Shown here: positions 1-10,252 of the stretch, piece by piece
How the letters are laid out: each line of letters starts with the position of its first letter
Position numbering within the stretch: the stretch's first letter is position 1
Origin: Chloroflexota bacterium
GTDB taxonomy: Bacteria > Chloroflexota > Dehalococcoidia > Lucifugimonadales > UBA826
Length of the DNA: 62,820 nt
Direction of reading: 5' to 3'
Assembly (NCBI GenBank): GCA_003228105.1
Contig: QGNN01000004.1
Span: 1 to 62,820, forward strand
Program-made: the position numbers and the translations under genes
Notes under the pieces: generated by a model
What the model was told of the DNA's origin: nothing
The model's input: only the letters and a program-made list of their open reading frames with translations
Database searches by the model: none

Positions 1-35
1 CTTGATAATGAGCCGAACCTGAAAGATGATAATAA

Positions 36-950
36 CTAGAAAATTGCTATCGGGTTTGCGGGTGAACCTGTTCCACCTTGAACATAAAGTGGATTCAGAC
101 TTAGCATAAATTCGTACCTTTCCTCTTCAGTACAAACGTTCGAAAGAGACTCTAGATACGCGTTGTCGATAAGTGCTACTCCGTAGGCAAATATCACGCC
201 GTGGACAGTCCAAGGGATTTTGTATTCATTGGGTGAGGCGTCCATCATATCCCAGCCCAAGATAGCTATGTTATTGTTTTTGACAAACGGTAGGCATGAA
301 GCGTGAAGACCGGGTCTTCCATCTGGGGTACCCCATCTACCATTATTGTCGGCAGCATATTTGTCTCGCCCACTATATACGAACACGGCATCCCCAGATT
401 TTATCTCCACATTTTGCTCTGTAGCGATGTCTTCCAATTCCCATCCATGGACCGGTTCTCTTAGTGTTACATATGGTTTGTTTCTATGTTTAGGTACATC
501 TAGTAATATTCCGCGCGTTAAGATTCCATCTTTCCATTCGTCGATGGTACCAAAATTCGCACCGCCAAATTTAATGACATCATCAGGGGTTTTACCTTCC
601 CACATTCCATTCTTATCCCAAACGTGGCATAAAGCATCTATATGAGTCGTAGCAGTGCCATGATAAAAAACACCGTAGTAATCCATTGCCGCCCCACCCT
701 CAAATGGTCTTTCCTCCTTGTACATATAATGTTGGGCAGGTCTGGGATTATCTCCTGCAGGGGTTACCGGTAACGGTCTACTTAAAGATACTGGTCTACC
801 AATTTTAGCTAGCGACACGGCTTCTAAACGTTTCTTATCCGTTATCAAGTTCATGGCCCCAGCGGAACTTTTATCGCCCCATCTACCCCAGTTTGTATCT
901 TTCAGATAAGAATCGACCTCTGATTTAGAAGGTATATTTCTCCCTGTCAT
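36..950 (-). CDS. cyclase family (kynurenine formamidase-like) metal-dependent hydrolase
   Basis: NWGRWG N-terminus, H-x-x-x-x-x-H-I-D-A-L-C-H metal motif, RGILLD, C-terminal GGTGSPANPIAIF. Confidence 0.85.
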   Translation of the reverse strand: MTGRNIPSKSEVDSYLKDTNWGRWGDKSSAGAMNLITDKKRLEAVSLAKIGRPVSLSRPLPVTPAGDNPRPAQHYMYKEERPFEGGAAMDYYGVFYHGTATTHIDALCHVWDKNGMWEGKTPDDVIKFGGANFGTIDEWKDGILTRGILLDVPKHRNKPYVTLREPVHGWELEDIATEQNVEIKSGDAVFVYSGRDKYAADNNGRWGTPDGRPGLHASCLPFVKNNNIAILGWDMMDASPNEYKIPWTVHGVIFAYGVALIDNAYLESLSNVCTEEERYEFMLSLNPLYVQGGTGSPANPIAIF

Positions 951-996
951 TGCTGCGGATCCCTTTTTCGATTTGCTTTATGCAACTGAAATGTCA

Positions 997-1890
997 TTAG
1001 TCCGCTATGGTTACACCTGCCATGTCCTCCATAAAATTAGCAATAGCAGAGTGATCAGAATTGCCTTTGCCATCGTTAATAAGGGACCCTAGTATTTGCT
1101 GTACCATGGAGGTCACCATCAAAGGAACGCCGACATCTTTTCCTGTTAGTATGGCATTGTGTAGATCTTTCTGATGGAGAACTACCCTAAAGCCAGGATC
1201 GAAATTTCCTTCTAGCATCATTGGGCCTTTTGTATTCATTACGGTGCTTCCTGCCAACCCTCCCTTGATAGCTTCAAATACAACCTTAGGATCAATGCCA
1301 GATTTTTTCGCTAATACAAGTGCTTCCCCTAAAGCCGCGATATTTCCAGCGACTATAATTTGGTTTGCCAATTTTGTAGTGTTTCCTGCCCCGTACCCTC
1401 CGCAAAGAACTATGCTGCCGGACATTGCAGTTAGCATGTCATAATTCTTTTCAAAGATATCTTTTTCACCGCCTACCATAACCGCGAGTGTTCCTTCAAT
1501 AGCTCCTGTTTCACCACCACTTACTGGAGCATCTAAGAAATTCACACCTGCAATGTCGCAAGCTTGTCCTATCTTTTTTGAGGACGCCGGAGCAATCGAA
1601 CTCATATCGATCACAGTATCGCCCTTTGAGGCCCCTTCTAATACACCACCTGGTCCCAGAATCGCAGCCTCTGATTGAGGAGAGTCAGGGACCATTGTTA
1701 TGATTATGGGAGTTTTAGATGCTACTTCAGCTGCGGAAGACGCAGGGGTAGCACCTTCAGTGGCCATTTCTTCGACTGATTCAGCGACTATGTCATAAAC
1801 AGTCACAGAGTAGTCTGCTTTTATTAAGTTTTTTACCATGGGCTTTCCCATGATTCCTAATCCAACAAAACCTATTTCACCTCGTGTCAT
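997..1890 (-). CDS. garR: 2-hydroxy-3-oxopropionate (tartronate semialdehyde) reductase, beta-hydroxyacid dehydrogenase family
   Basis: [13 protein letters not shown] Rossmann motif, [22 protein letters not shown]. Start moved to the ATG at 1890, which has a GAAGGAG RBS. Confidence 0.8.
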   Translation of the reverse strand: MTRGEIGFVGLGIMGKPMVKNLIKADYSVTVYDIVAESVEEMATEGATPASSAAEVASKTPIIITMVPDSPQSEAAILGPGGVLEGASKGDTVIDMSSIAPASSKKIGQACDIAGVNFLDAPVSGGETGAIEGTLAVMVGGEKDIFEKNYDMLTAMSGSIVLCGGYGAGNTTKLANQIIVAGNIAALGEALVLAKKSGIDPKVVFEAIKGGLAGSTVMNTKGPMMLEGNFDPGFRVVLHQKDLHNAILTGKDVGVPLMVTSMVQQILGSLINDGKGNSDHSAIANFMEDMAGVTIAD

Positions 1891-2141
1891 TTTTGACGAC
1901 TCCTTCTGTATAGTTGGTTCCTCTAAAATCAGAGACAAACGCGTGTCTTTAAATTTGCTGTCCTTTGTTTTCACGGACACCCCCAATTATAGACTTAGAT
2001 GGCACTCGGTCAACATTAGGTTGGGGAATGGATACTGTTCACAATATATGCCCTTGCTTTATAACTGCAAATAATGGTTCTCTGTTACTATTCCGAGGTA
2101 ATTTTAATCATTGATTAATTAACAAAAACGAGAGACAAAAA

Positions 2142-2834
2142 ATGTCTAAAGCAACCCAAAATGAAGTTGATGCTGTTGCTGGTATGCAAACCTGCGCCGT
2201 GTCTAATGCTATTGAAAATTTAAATATCAGATCGAGAACCGATGGGTTCATGACTCCTGATATAAAAAGTATGTTTCCAGATATGGGGTCTATGGCGGGT
2301 TTCGCAGTTACCGCGGTTATTAAAGCCTCCACTCCGCCTTCAGACAATATGAATTATTCTCGAGTGGAATGGGTGGATGAGATATTTAAGATTCCAGGCC
2401 CAAGAGTTATTGTAATGAAATATTTAGATCACCCATTTGTAATCGGATCTTTTTGGGGTGAAGTGCAAAGCGCTATACACAGTTCTTTAAATTGTGTGGG
2501 AGTTGTGATTGATGGAGGGGTAAGAGATTTGGATGAAATGCAGGAGATGAGGTTTAATGCCTTTGCAAGTACAGCATTGGCTTCTAGAGCGAATGTACAT
2601 TTGGTTGAAGCTAACATACCGGTTACGGTAGGAGGAGTTACTGTCAATCCTGGTGATTTGTTGCTTGGGGATAAGCATGGAGTGATTAGTATTCCCAAAG
2701 ATATAGTTAAGGATTTGCCGGCCGCAATAGCTAAAGTAGAGGCAGGTGAAAAAGAGATTATAGATGTTTGCAAATTCCAAGATTTTTCCCCTGAAAAGCT
2801 TAAAGATATACTTCGGGAAAGGTATGGTGGTTAG
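2142..2834 (+). CDS. RraA family / HMG aldolase-like protein
   Basis: WGEV, DGGVRD and VNPGDLLLGDKHGV motifs. Confidence 0.8.
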   Translation: MSKATQNEVDAVAGMQTCAVSNAIENLNIRSRTDGFMTPDIKSMFPDMGSMAGFAVTAVIKASTPPSDNMNYSRVEWVDEIFKIPGPRVIVMKYLDHPFVIGSFWGEVQSAIHSSLNCVGVVIDGGVRDLDEMQEMRFNAFASTALASRANVHLVEANIPVTVGGVTVNPGDLLLGDKHGVISIPKDIVKDLPAAIAKVEAGEKEIIDVCKFQDFSPEKLKDILRERYGG

Positions 2835-2858
2835 TTAAATTAATTGAAGGGAGATTTT

Positions 2859-3839
2859 ATGACTTCAACAAAAGTAGTATTCCTGACTGATATAGGGGAA
2901 AGTTTAATACATGAGGTGGTCTCTTATAGTCCTTCTGATTTTGAAATTGTGATTTTGGATAAGTCCACTACGGAAGAACAACGCATAAATGAGGTTCGTG
3001 ACGCAGATTTCCTGTTATGTTATAGACAAAATCCTTCAGATGCTGTTATCGAGGCTTTGGAAAAATGTCGGCTTGTACAACTTTTGCAAGCTGGATATGA
3101 CAGCATGAACCTTGACCTTCTTTCAGAGTTAGAAATTCCTTGCGCTAATAACGGAGGAGCTAACTCATGGGCAGTTGCTGATCAAGCAGTGCTTTTGATG
3201 TTGGCGATATACAAAAGACTTTTAGAAAGTGATAAATCAACTAAGGCAGGCCGTTGGGCTGCACCAATAACTGGTGAAAACACTTTTGAGATGGCTAACA
3301 AGAAGGTCGGGATTTTGGGTATCGGTAATATAGGCAAACAGGTGGCTAAAAGGGTTCAGGGGTTTGACGCTGAAGTTCAATATTTTGATATTTACCCACT
3401 TGATTACAAAACCGCAACGGAATTAAATCTCACTTATGTAAGCCTGGATGAACTTTTCGAAACTTCAGATATATTTACCTGCCATACCCCTCTTACAAGT
3501 AACACTAGGCATATTGTTAATTCGGATTCCCTTCACACCATGAAATCTACGGCTATTTTGATCAATACTTCTCGGGGGCCTGTGGTGGATGAAAAAGCTT
3601 TGATTAATGCTTTGAAGCAAGGGACTATCGCAGCGGCGGGATTAGACGTTTTTGAAAAAGAGCCGGTGGACCCACAAAATCCCCTACTAAGGATGGGTAA
3701 TGTTGTTGCCACGCCCCACATGGCTGGTACAACCTGGGACACATGGGCAAGAAGAGCTAAATTTGCTTTTGGGAATATGGAGAGGGTAAGACAGGGAGAG
3801 GCTCCACAGGCAGTGGTTAGAAATTTCGATTCCAGCTGA
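2859..3839 (+). CDS. D-isomer-specific 2-hydroxyacid dehydrogenase
   Basis: GILGIGNIG, INTSRGPVVDE, AGLDVFEKEP, TPHMAG. ATG at 2859 follows GAAGGGAG. Confidence 0.88.
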   Translation: MTSTKVVFLTDIGESLIHEVVSYSPSDFEIVILDKSTTEEQRINEVRDADFLLCYRQNPSDAVIEALEKCRLVQLLQAGYDSMNLDLLSELEIPCANNGGANSWAVADQAVLLMLAIYKRLLESDKSTKAGRWAAPITGENTFEMANKKVGILGIGNIGKQVAKRVQGFDAEVQYFDIYPLDYKTATELNLTYVSLDELFETSDIFTCHTPLTSNTRHIVNSDSLHTMKSTAILINTSRGPVVDEKALINALKQGTIAAAGLDVFEKEPVDPQNPLLRMGNVVATPHMAGTTWDTWARRAKFAFGNMERVRQGEAPQAVVRNFDSS

Positions 3840-3861
3840 ACCAATTCGGTTAGAGGATAAA

Positions 3862-4923
3862 ATGATGGGACAGGCTGTGAGACTCCGACTCGAAAAGAAC
3901 GAGGAAAGTTTGAACCTTCATGCCTGCCGCTCAGCCAATTCTCGAGGTAGGAAGAAAAGAGAAAGTGCTAGCCCAATAAGGACCGAATTTCAAAGGGACC
4001 GTGATCGAATACTTCATTCCAAGGCATTTCGAAGAATGAAGCATAAGACTCAAGTTTTTATATCACCCGTAGGCGATCATTTTGTTACTAGACTCACCCA
4101 CACTTTGGAGGTTGCTCAGATCGCTAGAACTATAGCCAGGGCTTTGAATTTAAATGAAGACTTAACAGAGGCAATAGGTTTGGGTCATGATATGGGCCAT
4201 ACTCCCTTTGGCCACATAGGGGAAGATGAATTAGGTAAATTGAGCCCTTTGGGATTTAGGCATAATATCCAGAGTGTCCGACTTGTGGAGAAATTAGAAA
4301 AAAATGGCAAAGGATTAAATCTCACAGAGGAGGTAAAGGAGGGGATACTTCATCATTCGAAACCCAAAGGGGATTTTATGTCCCCAACCCTGGTTGAAGG
4401 TATTGGCCTTGAGGCCCAGGTGATAAGGATTTCTGATGCCATTGCATATCTAAACCATGATTTAGGTGATGCTTTTAGGGCTGGGGTTTTAACGGAAGTT
4501 GACTTGCCTCATGAAACCAAGGAGTTTTTAGGGAGAAGACACTCTGAACGGGTGGATCGCATGGTTATGGACATAGTTTGTACCTCTAGTAGTTTATTGG
4601 AAGATACCTCATTAACTTCCCGTCCAATAATTTCGATGAGCAGATCAATGCGAGATGCTACAAATGATCTTCGTGATTTTATGTTTGAGAGGGTATATAT
4701 GCCCGTAGATTCGGGTCCAGAAGGTAAATCTGCGAGGTTGATCATTAATGTTCTTTACGAGGCATTGAATAATAACCATGATCTAATTCCAAATGAATTT
4801 TTAGAAATAGGGGAGACCATTGATCATGCAATTGTGGATTATATTTCTGGGATGACTGATGGCTTTGCGATTCGGATTGCGGAGTCACTATCCCCTGGAG
4901 TTGGACATGTTTTCGCGAGTTAA
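3862..4923 (+). CDS. dgt: deoxyguanosinetriphosphate triphosphohydrolase (dGTPase-like)
   Basis: FQRDRDRILHSKAFRR..KTQVF, RLTHTLEVAQIAR, HDMGHTPFGH, DYISGMTD; upstream of dnaG. Confidence 0.93.
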   Translation: MMGQAVRLRLEKNEESLNLHACRSANSRGRKKRESASPIRTEFQRDRDRILHSKAFRRMKHKTQVFISPVGDHFVTRLTHTLEVAQIARTIARALNLNEDLTEAIGLGHDMGHTPFGHIGEDELGKLSPLGFRHNIQSVRLVEKLEKNGKGLNLTEEVKEGILHHSKPKGDFMSPTLVEGIGLEAQVIRISDAIAYLNHDLGDAFRAGVLTEVDLPHETKEFLGRRHSERVDRMVMDIVCTSSSLLEDTSLTSRPIISMSRSMRDATNDLRDFMFERVYMPVDSGPEGKSARLIINVLYEALNNNHDLIPNEFLEIGETIDHAIVDYISGMTDGFAIRIAESLSPGVGHVFAS

Positions 4924-4935
4924 ATTAATAACTAT

Positions 4936-4944
4936 TGTTATAAT
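4936..4944 (+). promoter_or_regulatory. extended -10 promoter (TGnTATAAT), probably giving a leaderless transcript
   Basis: TGTTATAAT ends 6 nt before the ATG at 4951, and no SD is present. Confidence 0.6.
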
Positions 4945-4950
4945 CCCAAA

Positions 4951-5217
4951 ATGACTGAAGCGACTAATTCCATCGATAGATTAAAAACCAGATTGGTTTT
5001 TAGGAATATTGACCATATACAAGAACATTTAGAAGCCATGCAAAGAGACCCGCATGGTTTGGAGTACAGACCCTGGAAACTTGAGGTGGATAACATATGG
5101 AAAAAAATATTTTCGGATATAAACGAGATGTCGGAGGAGGCCCAGAAGATGGTTCTGGATTCAATGAAGGAGATATGGGTTAGTTATATTACTCATTACG
5201 GTGCTGTTGAAAGTTAA
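4951..5217 (+). CDS. hypothetical protein (88 aa, predicted helical)
   Basis: ORF fills the gap, co-oriented with the operon, own promoter; no recognised motif. Confidence 0.75.
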   Translation: MTEATNSIDRLKTRLVFRNIDHIQEHLEAMQRDPHGLEYRPWKLEVDNIWKKIFSDINEMSEEAQKMVLDSMKEIWVSYITHYGAVES

Positions 5218-5237
5218 ATCAGAAGGAGTGTTTCGGA

Positions 5238-5579
5238 ATGTCATTGAGTTTTAACCCTAACTTGGACCAAGCTAGGAGGCGTTCTGAATTAGCACATAGA
5301 GTCTTGGTTAAACTGAAAACCTTGGGTTTATCTGATGATCAGGATGGTGCACTCGCTACATTGTGCACCGACATAGGAGATTTGTGGAGTTCTCAGTTGG
5401 TTTTTCTTGAAATTCTTAATAGATTTTTGGAAAAATCGGATAATTGGGATTCCATTGGAGATGATTTGGTTGATATGTTGTCCAACGTAGAACATATCTC
5501 GTGGCATATAGATAGCTTAAAAAAACCACTGGAAACACTCGCCCAATATTCATATTCCGAATCAAAAAATACCCAATAG
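5238..5579 (+). CDS. hypothetical protein (113 aa, predicted helical)
   Basis: Strong RBS AGAAGGAG; ends 8 nt before dnaG. Confidence 0.8.
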   Translation: MSLSFNPNLDQARRRSELAHRVLVKLKTLGLSDDQDGALATLCTDIGDLWSSQLVFLEILNRFLEKSDNWDSIGDDLVDMLSNVEHISWHIDSLKKPLETLAQYSYSESKNTQ

Positions 5580-5587
5580 TATTTATT

Positions 5588-7381
5588 ATGAGTGAAATAG
5601 ACGAAATAAAATCAAGACTAGATGTCGTTGATATTGTGTCTGAAAAGGTTCAGTTACAGCGTGCAGGCAGGAATTATAAAGCTAACTGTCCTTTTCATAG
5701 TGAGAAAACCCCATCTTTCATAGTGGACCCAGGGAGGCAATCTTGGAGATGTTTCGGATCATGTGGTGTCGGAGGAGACATTTTTAGCTTTGTTATGAAG
5801 ACTGAAAATATGGAGTTTTCTGATGCTTTAAGAATGCTTGCTCAGCGCACCGGAGTTGAACTACGCGGATATAAAAAGAACGAATCAAAGGACTCTTATT
5901 TTGAGATCAATAAGATAGCCTTGGATTTTTATAAAGATGCTCTTTTGACGGATGAAGCCCACTCTGCACGTATCTATCTTAAGTCAAGAGGTGTAGATCA
6001 AGCCTCGATTGAAAACTTCGGGCTTGGCTACAGTCCTCGAGGTCGAGATTCCCTTAAGTCTCACCTATTGTTCCATGATGTGGATCTGGGAAACGCGGTT
6101 GAATGCGGGTTATTAAATAAATTTGAGGATGGAACCACCAGAGATTTCTTCTGGGGCCGGTTGATGTTCCCAATATTTGATAGGTCAGGAAGGCCGGCTG
6201 GGTTTGGGGCGCGTTCTATGGACGACTCAATGCCGAAGTACATAAATACCGCAGCTACCCCAGTATTTGACAAAAGAAGCACTTTGTATGGGTTCCATAT
6301 GGCTAGAGAGGCGATTAGAGATAGTGATATAGGTGTAATTGTTGAAGGTTATATGGACGTAATTGCGGCCCATGAATATGGCTATAAAAATGTGGTGGCA
6401 AGTATGGGAACAGCTTTGACTGCAGAGCAAGTCAGTCAGCTTAAAAACTTGGCTTCTACCTTTGTATTGGCTCTTGATCAAGATGTGGCGGGTCAAGAAG
6501 CTACCTTACGAAGTTTGGAATCCGCCTGGCAAATCTTTGGAGATTCTAGTAAAAGGTCGCGCGACCCTTTGTTTGCGGGAAACCCGACAAAAATTAATGT
6601 TGTTTCATTGCCGGAGGGGAAAGACCCAGATGAATTTATTCGTTCAGAAGGGTCTGATTGGGAAATGGTTGTAAATGAAGCCTTACCACTTATGGAATAT
6701 CTAATTCCAGTTGTGTCAGGGCGATTTGATTTAGATGGTCCGGGTGGTAAGGGCCGGGTAGTTGAATCTCTTGCTCCGATTCTTAGGTTATTAGATCCCT
6801 TTGATCGTGAAAAATATATTGGTATGTTATCGGAACAATTATCTACATCAGCCGATACTGTAAAAACTGCCTTAAAGCAGGTTCGAAGAGGATTCAATCA
6901 AAGGGATCGCAATGTTAGAGAAAATCAATACGAAAAATTTGAAGACCGAAAGCCAGTACATAACAACTACAAACTTGATGAATATACGTTGTCACTGATA
7001 ATCAACCGACCAGAATTGAAAGAGGTTGCCGTTGAATTAAACGCAGAGTGTTTTGCCAGGACTGAGGATAGAGAAATTTATCTTAGATGGTTAAACCTTG
7101 ACCCAAATGAATCTCTAATTAAATTATTGGACCCAGTTCTTGAGGAAAGGTTTTCCAGCATACAAAGTTATACTATGATTCCTTCAAGTAATGCAGATAC
7201 ATTGATAGATTTTGATACGTGTACCAAAAGACTGGAAAGAAGAAGATTGCAGCTTTATAGAGCGGACCTAATTCAATCGCAAGACACTGATTCTCCTCCT
7301 ACAATCGACCTTCAAAATGAACTAGGTGGTTTGGATAGGCAAATATTGGAGACTTATAAAGGGGATAAAGAGGGGAATTGA
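5588..7381 (+). CDS. dnaG: DNA primase
   Basis: CPFH..KTPSF..CFGSC zinc finger, KYINT, TOPRIM VEGYMDV and DQDVAG. Confidence 0.97.
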   Translation: MSEIDEIKSRLDVVDIVSEKVQLQRAGRNYKANCPFHSEKTPSFIVDPGRQSWRCFGSCGVGGDIFSFVMKTENMEFSDALRMLAQRTGVELRGYKKNESKDSYFEINKIALDFYKDALLTDEAHSARIYLKSRGVDQASIENFGLGYSPRGRDSLKSHLLFHDVDLGNAVECGLLNKFEDGTTRDFFWGRLMFPIFDRSGRPAGFGARSMDDSMPKYINTAATPVFDKRSTLYGFHMAREAIRDSDIGVIVEGYMDVIAAHEYGYKNVVASMGTALTAEQVSQLKNLASTFVLALDQDVAGQEATLRSLESAWQIFGDSSKRSRDPLFAGNPTKINVVSLPEGKDPDEFIRSEGSDWEMVVNEALPLMEYLIPVVSGRFDLDGPGGKGRVVESLAPILRLLDPFDREKYIGMLSEQLSTSADTVKTALKQVRRGFNQRDRNVRENQYEKFEDRKPVHNNYKLDEYTLSLIINRPELKEVAVELNAECFARTEDREIYLRWLNLDPNESLIKLLDPVLEERFSSIQSYTMIPSSNADTLIDFDTCTKRLERRRLQLYRADLIQSQDTDSPPTIDLQNELGGLDRQILETYKGDKEGN

Positions 7382-7391
7382 GCGGTATTTT

Positions 7392-7400
7392 TGGTAAAAT
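7392..7400 (+). promoter_or_regulatory. possible extended -10 promoter for rpoD
   Basis: TGGTAAAAT in the dnaG-rpoD intergenic region. Confidence 0.4.
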
Positions 7401-7471
7401 GTATCCTGACAATGTATTGGGATAACCTGAAATTTTTTTAACCTGCGGTAACATTTGGAAAGGAGAAGGGA

Positions 7472-9079
7472 ATGACTACTGATGGAATTCAGCATGTGGG
7501 AGGAGAGGCAGATCTTATAGATGGTGCTTTGAGAGGAAGTCGATCAAAAGAGGATGGATATAGGGCTGATGAGGAAGAGCAGGAAGAACAGGATGATTTA
7601 CGAGAAGATGAGGACGATGATGAGGACGATGATGAGGATTCAACAGTTCTTGAACTGGGTATGGATGCACGTTCGGCACGACGAGATGTGGAGGAGGATG
7701 ACGACGCCCCCCCATCCCTTGAAGATTTGAAAGCTAAGGCTGCTCGTGAATGGGAAAAAGAAATTGGAAGTACAGACATAATTGATGATCCTGTCCGTAT
7801 GTACCTTAGGGAAATAGGTCGGGTTGATCTTTTGAAGGCCCCTCAAGAAAGAGATTTGGCTCGAAAATTTGAAGGTAAACGATTTGTAGAAAATAAAGAA
7901 GTGACTTTGTCTTTAGAAGAGAACATCTTACCAAAAGCAAGAGATATCGTCGTAGATATGCTTAAGACTGTTGTTGCTAGTGAAGATATCATAAAGGCAA
8001 TTCTTACCTCAAAAGAGGTTGCGTATGACGGAACATTGCCTGATTTAATGGCGAACCCAGACGTTAGAGAAGCCATTGATGGTATTTTTCAGGATGAGCT
8101 ACTCGAACAAATTTCTGCGATTCTGTCGGAATTGAAAGATCAAGATCCACCTGAGACTGATGTATTGAAGGAGATGATCAAACAGGCTTCGATAAATACT
8201 AGATTGCTACCTGACGATATATTCAAAGTAATTGATGGTAGACCTACAATGGATCAATTAAGGGAAATAGTTGCTGATGATTCCATTGTGGATAAGATGC
8301 AGCCATACGAACTTCTGTTTAGACAGCATATGGAACGTATAAAACAAAGAGGTGATGATGCTCAACAGCACCTTTCAGAAGCCAATCTGAGATTGGTAGT
8401 GAGTGTGGCAAAAAAATATATTGGCCGTGGAATGTCCCTTCTTGATCTGATACAGGAAGGAAATATAGGACTTATTAGAGCTGTAGAGAAATTTGATTAC
8501 AGGAAAGGTTACAAATTCAGCACATATGCTACTTGGTGGATTAGACAAGCCATCACTCGCGCGATTGCGGATCAAGCTCGGACCATACGTATTCCAGTAC
8601 ATATGGTGGAAACTATAAATAAATTACTTCGGGTAACAAGAAGATTAGTTCAAGAGTATGGGAGAGAACCGACCAGTGAAGAAATCGGTCGCGAAATGGA
8701 GATTGCTCCAGATAAGGTTAGGGAGATACTAAAAATATCTCAGGAACCTGTTTCATTAGAAACACCTATTGGAGAAGAAGAGGATAGCCATTTGGGTGAT
8801 TTTATTCCTGATACGGCAGCCTTAGCGCCAGTAGAGGCAGCCTCTTACCAGCTTCTTCGAGAACAGGTTATTGATGTGCTGGACACCCTTAATGACAGAG
8901 AAGCAAGAGTTTTGGAACTTAGATTTGGGTTGGAAGATGGTAGAAGTAGAACTCTTGAAGAAGTTGGTAAGGACTTCGGTGTAACTAGGGAGAGAATTCG
9001 ACAAATAGAAGCAAAAGCCCTTCGTAAACTGCGCCATCCTAATAGATCCAAAAAACTGAGAGATTTTCTAGAAAACTAA
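7472..9079 (+). CDS. rpoD: RNA polymerase primary sigma factor
   Basis: [11 protein letters not shown] (1.2), [28 protein letters not shown] (2), [16 protein letters not shown] (4.2). Confidence 0.98.
   Translation: MTTDGIQHVGGEADLIDGALRGSRSKEDGYRADEEEQEEQDDLREDEDDDEDDDEDSTVLELGMDARSARRDVEEDDDAPPSLEDLKAKAAREWEKEIGSTDIIDDPVRMYLREIGRVDLLKAPQERDLARKFEGKRFVENKEVTLSLEENILPKARDIVVDMLKTVVASEDIIKAILTSKEVAYDGTLPDLMANPDVREAIDGIFQDELLEQISAILSELKDQDPPETDVLKEMIKQASINTRLLPDDIFKVIDGRPTMDQLREIVADDSIVDKMQPYELLFRQHMERIKQRGDDAQQHLSEANLRLVVSVAKKYIGRGMSLLDLIQEGNIGLIRAVEKFDYRKGYKFSTYATWWIRQAITRAIADQARTIRIPVHMVETINKLLRVTRRLVQEYGREPTSEEIGREMEIAPDKVREILKISQEPVSLETPIGEEEDSHLGDFIPDTAALAPVEAASYQLLREQVIDVLDTLNDREARVLELRFGLEDGRSRTLEEVGKDFGVTRERIRQIEAKALRKLRHPNRSKKLRDFLEN
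7607..7638 (+). repeat. 12-bp tandem repeat (GATGAGGACGAT, about 2.7 copies) in the acidic RpoD N-terminus
   Basis: Directly visible; encodes DEDD repeats. Confidence 0.7.
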
Positions 9080-10210
9080 ATGTCGCTTGGGACAACTAAG
9101 GCTAACACTGACACCCATTCCCACGTGGTAAATAACCGCGATGACGCCCCAACTGTTGCGGTGATAAAGACAAGTCCTGCAACTGTGGCTACTGATATTG
9201 GGTCCGCTATGCGCCTTGCAAAATACAATTCTCAATTGGCGCCCGATGTTGCTACCCTTTTAAAAATAAACATATCATGGCAGCACTATTACCCTGCCTG
9301 CTCTACCTCTCCTTGGCAATTAGATGGAGTTATAAAAACGCTAAAGGAAGATGGATTTAAAGATTTAATTCCCACTCACAATGGAACTGTTGTAGTGGAT
9401 GCCCGGGAGGGTGAAGTTAACAACAAGCATGATGTGGTTGTGAGGCGGCATGGCTTGGAAAGTGTACATCTTGAAGATGTTGAGTGGGTGCCTCTCCATT
9501 TTTCGGACGATTTTCTAGTTTTGGACCAAATTTATCCTGATGGCATAAATATACCTAAATTTCTGATTGATAAGAATGTGATTCATCTTCCAACTATGAA
9601 AACTCATGTTTTTACTACTATTACGGGAGCGATGAAGAATGCATTTGGAGGATTACTAAATTTCCAAAGACACTGGACTCACTCTGTAATACATGAAACC
9701 TTGGTTGATTTATTGAGGATACAAAAAAAAATTCATCCAGGTATTTTTGCTTTAATGGACGGTACTTTTGCGGGTTCGGGGCCAGGACCTCGGGCCATGC
9801 AATGGCATGAAAAAAACGTTTTATTAGCAGGGTCTGACCAAGTTGCTGTGGATGCAGTTGCTGCGAAAATGATGGGATTTGATCCTATGGACATAGATTT
9901 TATTAGGATAGCGGATGAACAAGGACTTGGGTGTGGCCAAATCTCTAAAATAAACATTGTTGGAGAAGATATATCTGGTGTGAATTGGGAATTTCAAAGT
10001 GGAAATACGTTAGCCAGTAAAGGTCAAAAAATGATTTATTGGGGGAATTTGAAACCACTTGAAAACATGTTATTGAGGTCCAAATTAACCCCTTTAGCCT
10101 ATCTCGCTTCCAATATATATCACAATGAATATTGGTTGCGATTCAAGGGAAAAAAACGTATAAACACAGCGATGAAGACCCAATGGGGGCGCCATTTCTT
10201 AGATTTTTAA
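9080..10210 (+). CDS. DUF362 domain-containing protein
   Basis: LLKIN, LPTMKTH, TGAMKNAFG, DG..G.GP and DQVAVDAVAAKMMGFDP motifs. Confidence 0.8.
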   Translation: MSLGTTKANTDTHSHVVNNRDDAPTVAVIKTSPATVATDIGSAMRLAKYNSQLAPDVATLLKINISWQHYYPACSTSPWQLDGVIKTLKEDGFKDLIPTHNGTVVVDAREGEVNNKHDVVVRRHGLESVHLEDVEWVPLHFSDDFLVLDQIYPDGINIPKFLIDKNVIHLPTMKTHVFTTITGAMKNAFGGLLNFQRHWTHSVIHETLVDLLRIQKKIHPGIFALMDGTFAGSGPGPRAMQWHEKNVLLAGSDQVAVDAVAAKMMGFDPMDIDFIRIADEQGLGCGQISKINIVGEDISGVNWEFQSGNTLASKGQKMIYWGNLKPLENMLLRSKLTPLAYLASNIYHNEYWLRFKGKKRINTAMKTQWGRHFLDF

Positions 10211-10252
10211 CCCAGTTAAAACGCCTGGGTATACTATCTATCCTGACCCGTC

